This document shows, piece after piece, positions 25,304 through 27,923 of a DNA stretch of 27,923 bases (the stretch's first letter is position 1; every line of letters starts with the position of its first letter). A model generated the notes under the pieces. That model was not told the origin of the DNA. It saw only the letters and a list, made by a program, of their open reading frames with translations, and ran no database searches. Source of the DNA: a bacterium (GTDB taxonomy: Bacteria > Atribacterota > Phoenicimicrobiia > Phoenicimicrobiales > Phoenicimicrobiaceae); the NCBI GenBank assembly GCA_018819665.1, contig JAHJOY010000186.1:1-27923 (forward strand), read 5' to 3'. The position numbers and the translations under genes were made by a program.

Positions 25304-25318
25304 AAATTACGAAATTAT

Positions 25319-25347
25319 TTGACAAGCAGTAAGTATTACCATAAAAT
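25319..25347 (+). promoter_or_regulatory. Promoter of yicC-remA-gmk-rpoZ
   Basis: TTGACA 25319-25324, 17 nt, TAAAAT 25342-25347. Confidence 0.78.
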
Positions 25348-25399
25348 TAATGTGAAGTTTATAATTTTTAAAATATAACAAGCATAAGAGGAAATAAAG

Positions 25400-26275
25400 T
25401 TGATTAAAAGCATGACCGGTTACGGTGTGGGAAGGGCTAAAGAAGAAGACGGAGAATGCCTGGTAGAGATAAAAAGCTTAAACAATAAATACTGTGATGT
25501 AAATATAAAAAACAACTTTCAATCTTTGGAAATTGAACAAAAGATAGAAAAGTTAATAAAAGATAGGGTTTCAAGAGGAAAAGTTAATATTTTAGTAAAA
25601 GTTGAAAACTATGGCCTGACGGAAGAGAAGATAATATTAAATGAAGATATAGCTGATTCCTGTTATAAAAACCTAAAGACCTTAAAAGAGAAGTATAAAT
25701 TAAAAGATGAAATAGGCATAGATTCTATGCTTAAGTTCAAAGATATATTTACAACAGTAAAGGAAGAAGAGAGTGCTAAGATATGGCCCCTGGTAGAAAA
25801 AGCCACGAATCTTGCCTTAGATTCTTTGCTGAAAATGAGGGAAAGAGAAGGTAAGGTTCTTGTTGCCGATATCCGAAAAAGAGTAAAGAAAATACAAAAG
25901 TTAATAGATAAAATTGAGAAATATTCGAAATCGTCACCTCTCGATTATAAAGATAAATTTTTAAGCAAAATAAAAAATTTGACCGATGGCTTGAATGTTG
26001 ATGAGGGAAGAATCGAATTAGAAGCGGCAATATTTGCCGAAAAGACGGATATCACCGAAGAAATTACCAGATTAGAAAGCCACCTTATCCAATTCGATGA
26101 TTTGCTAAATTCTGAGGAATCCGTGGGAAGAAAGATGGATTTTTTAACCCAGGAGATAAATCGGGAGGTAAACACTATCGGGTCAAAGACTAATGATATA
26201 AAGGTAACTTCTTTGGTTGTTTTGGTAAAAAGTGAATTGGAAAAGGTAAGGGAACAGGCCAGAAATATAGAATAA
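25400..26275 (+). CDS. yicC: YicC/YloC family endoribonuclease
   Basis: [54 protein letters not shown]. Confidence 0.95.
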   Translation: MIKSMTGYGVGRAKEEDGECLVEIKSLNNKYCDVNIKNNFQSLEIEQKIEKLIKDRVSRGKVNILVKVENYGLTEEKIILNEDIADSCYKNLKTLKEKYKLKDEIGIDSMLKFKDIFTTVKEEESAKIWPLVEKATNLALDSLLKMREREGKVLVADIRKRVKKIQKLIDKIEKYSKSSPLDYKDKFLSKIKNLTDGLNVDEGRIELEAAIFAEKTDITEEITRLESHLIQFDDLLNSEESVGRKMDFLTQEINREVNTIGSKTNDIKVTSLVVLVKSELEKVREQARNIE

Positions 26276-26288
26276 TAGAGGACAAAAT

Positions 26289-26570
26289 ATGCTGAATAAT
26301 TTAGTGAATATAGGTTTTGGAAATTTTGTGAATTCTTCCAGAGTTCTAACCATTTTAAGTCCGGATTCCGCACCGATGAAAAGGTTAAAAGAGGAAGCAA
26401 GGGCAGAGAAAAAGTTGGTTGATGCTACTTATGGGAGGAGAACGAGAGCAATAATAATTACGGATAGCAATCATGTAATTTTATCTTCTATCCAACCGGA
26501 AACCATTGCCCATAGATTCACCGAATATAGCGGACAAAATTTCAAATTAAAAGAAAACACTCCCAAGTAG
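26289..26570 (+). CDS. remA: RemA (DUF370) regulator
   Basis: [38 protein letters not shown]. Confidence 0.93.
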   Translation: MLNNLVNIGFGNFVNSSRVLTILSPDSAPMKRLKEEARAEKKLVDATYGRRTRAIIITDSNHVILSSIQPETIAHRFTEYSGQNFKLKENTPK

Positions 26571-26582
26571 GTAATTTTAAAT

Positions 26583-27236
26583 ATGACTTACGATAAAGAA
26601 TTATCATCTTTTGTTCCTAAACGAAATACGGAATACGAGATACGAGATACGAGTGTAAGCATGGGCTTGCTATTTGTTATCTCCGGCCCATCGGGTGTAG
26701 GTAAAGGTACTCTAAGGGAAAAGGTGTTTAATATTTTCCCTGATTTAAAATATTCTGTGTCGGTGAATACCCGCCCTCCCCGAAAGGATGAAATAGAAGG
26801 CAAGGATTATTATTTTGTAACAGTAGATGAATTCAAAAAAAGGATAAAGGAAAATAAATTTGTAGAATGGGCTATTGTCCATGGAGATTACAAGGGTACG
26901 CCTATAAAATTTTTAATAGAAGAACTTCAAAAAGGGAGAGATGTCCTGCTGGAATTAGATGTTCAGGGTGCCATGCAGGTAAAGAAAAAATATCCTGATG
27001 GTATTTTTATTTTTATAGCTCCTCCAACCTGGAAGGATTTAGAGGATAGATTACGAAAAAGAAATACTGAGGGAGAAAAAGCCCTGGAAAAAAGATTAAA
27101 AGATGCCCGTATTGAAATAGAATATAAAAAAAACTATAATTATCTGGTAGTGAATGATAATATAAAAACCGCTCTAAAAAAATTAGAGTCTATAATAATT
27201 GCCGAAAGATGCAAAATAGCAAATTATAAAAAATGA
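26583..27236 (+). CDS. gmk: Guanylate kinase (start 26583 or 26661)
   Basis: SGPSGVGKGT, TR.PR..EIEGKDYYF, LDVQGA, FIAPP, VVND. Confidence 0.95.
   Translation: MTYDKELSSFVPKRNTEYEIRDTSVSMGLLFVISGPSGVGKGTLREKVFNIFPDLKYSVSVNTRPPRKDEIEGKDYYFVTVDEFKKRIKENKFVEWAIVHGDYKGTPIKFLIEELQKGRDVLLELDVQGAMQVKKKYPDGIFIFIAPPTWKDLEDRLRKRNTEGEKALEKRLKDARIEIEYKKNYNYLVVNDNIKTALKKLESIIIAERCKIANYKK
26621..26653. repeat. Heptamer array in the 5' region of gmk
   Basis: acgaaat acggaat acgagat acgagat acgag. Confidence 0.85.
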
Positions 27237-27297
27237 ATCTTAGTTGTAAAATTGTAAAAAAGTATATTTTTAGCAAGGGGAAGGGTGAGAAATAAAC

Positions 27298-27645
27298 ATG
27301 GAAAATAATAAATATTTATTAGTAATGATGGTAGCAAAAAGAGCAAAAGAGTTGAATGGGGGGGCTAAGCCTTTGGTGAAATCCAAATATAGACAGCATA
27401 TTAAAATTGCCTTAGAAGAGATAAAAGCAGGAAAAGTGTATCTTAAAGAGGAAGAAGAGCCTCTAAAGGCTGAACAGATATTTAATGAAGTTGAAGAACC
27501 TGCAAAACCTGAAGACATATCTGGTGAAGTTAAGGAACCTGAAAAATCTGAAGAATTATATGATGAAGATGAAGGACCTGCAGAAATTGAGGAGATATTT
27601 GATAGAGATGAAGAATTTGGAAACTCTGAAGGCTTATTAGATTAA
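27298..27645 (+). CDS. rpoZ: RNA polymerase omega subunit with acidic C-terminal extension
   Basis: NKYLLVMMVAKRAKEL...ALEEIKAGKV; follows gmk. Confidence 0.88.
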   Translation: MENNKYLLVMMVAKRAKELNGGAKPLVKSKYRQHIKIALEEIKAGKVYLKEEEEPLKAEQIFNEVEEPAKPEDISGEVKEPEKSEELYDEDEGPAEIEEIFDRDEEFGNSEGLLD

Positions 27646-27660
27646 GATATAACTTAACTA

Positions 27661-27685
27661 ATTGATAGGCGTCTTGCCTATCAAT
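27661..27685. terminator. Hairpin after rpoZ (possible terminator)
   Basis: attgataggc-gtctt-gcctatcaat perfect 10-bp stem; no strong T-tract. Confidence 0.5.
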
Positions 27686-27716
27686 TAGTCGTTAGTGAAT
27701 AGTGAATAGTTGACAA

Positions 27717-27793
27717 ATATCAACACATCGTGAACTTAAAAATATCAACACATCGTGAACCTTAATGGTATTTTATATCAACACATCGTGAAC
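27717..27793 (+). repeat. Three exact 19-bp direct repeats
   Basis: ATATCAACACATCGTGAAC at 27717, 27742, 27775. Confidence 0.95.
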
Positions 27794-27841
27794 TATACAA
27801 CTTAAAATGTTCTATACTGACCTTAAAAAAGGAGGTCAGTT

Positions 27842-27923
27842 ATGAACAGTAAAGAATTAAGAGAAAAAGCTATAAAAAGATACGAAAATGGTGAATCTCC
27901 TAAGGAGATCTACCAGAGTCTTG
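27842..27923 (+). CDS. N-terminus of probable HTH/DDE transposase (partial; not in ORF track)
   Basis: MNSKELREKAIKRYENGESPKEIYQSL; SD aaggagg at 27829-27835. Confidence 0.62.
   Translation, partial: MNSKELREKAIKRYENGESPKEIYQSL

Larger units (their letters stand above)
27711..27923 (+). mobile_element. Left end of probable insertion sequence (truncated)
   Basis: TG-initiated end, repeated subterminal 19-mers, SD-sequestering hairpin, HTH-like ORF start. Confidence 0.6.

Noticed and set aside
905-27518. Short antisense and alternative-frame ORFs in the track (e.g. 905-1387, 11758-12018, 23548-23892, 25945-26400, 27270-27518)
   Set aside because: Shadows of well-supported genes, with no motifs or RBS
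27717-27793. Possible CRISPR array
   Set aside because: Repeats 19 bp with gaps of only 6 and 14 nt; no cas genes or leader
1-27923. tRNA/rRNA genes, defence systems, prophage genes
   Set aside because: None recognised

Overview
AT-rich bacterial chromosome, mostly housekeeping genes in Clostridia-like order: nrdR-[nrdD-thioredoxin-nrdG]-pgeF-[5-gene flavin/Fe-S oxidoreductase, liv-type ABC importer, phoU]-yggS-yggT-divIVA-yggU-ileS-lspA-lgt-rluD-rqcH(minus strand)-yicC-remA-gmk-rpoZ, then the left end of a probable IS cut by the window edge. An anaerobe outside the classical Firmicutes (e.g. Atribacterota/JS1) is a guess, not shown by the sequence. The ORF track misses several non-coding elements: tandem NrdR boxes, a tandem glycine riboswitch with terminator, and an Ile T-box. 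The riboswitch is the best candidate for an undescribed system. It sits directly upstream of pgeF (a peptidoglycan Gly/Ser editing factor) and a cluster resembling the archaeal heterotetrameric proline dehydrogenase and HCN synthase, suggesting a glycine-induced editing and oxidation unit. Most large intergenic regions are mosaics of in-phase 7-bp tandem repeats, GTAG-REP/REPIN units and dRS3-like palindromes. One exact 17-mer lies upstream of four predicted promoters. The 644-aa ORF labelled + in the track is on the minus strand. All family assignments come from motif recognition, not database searches.
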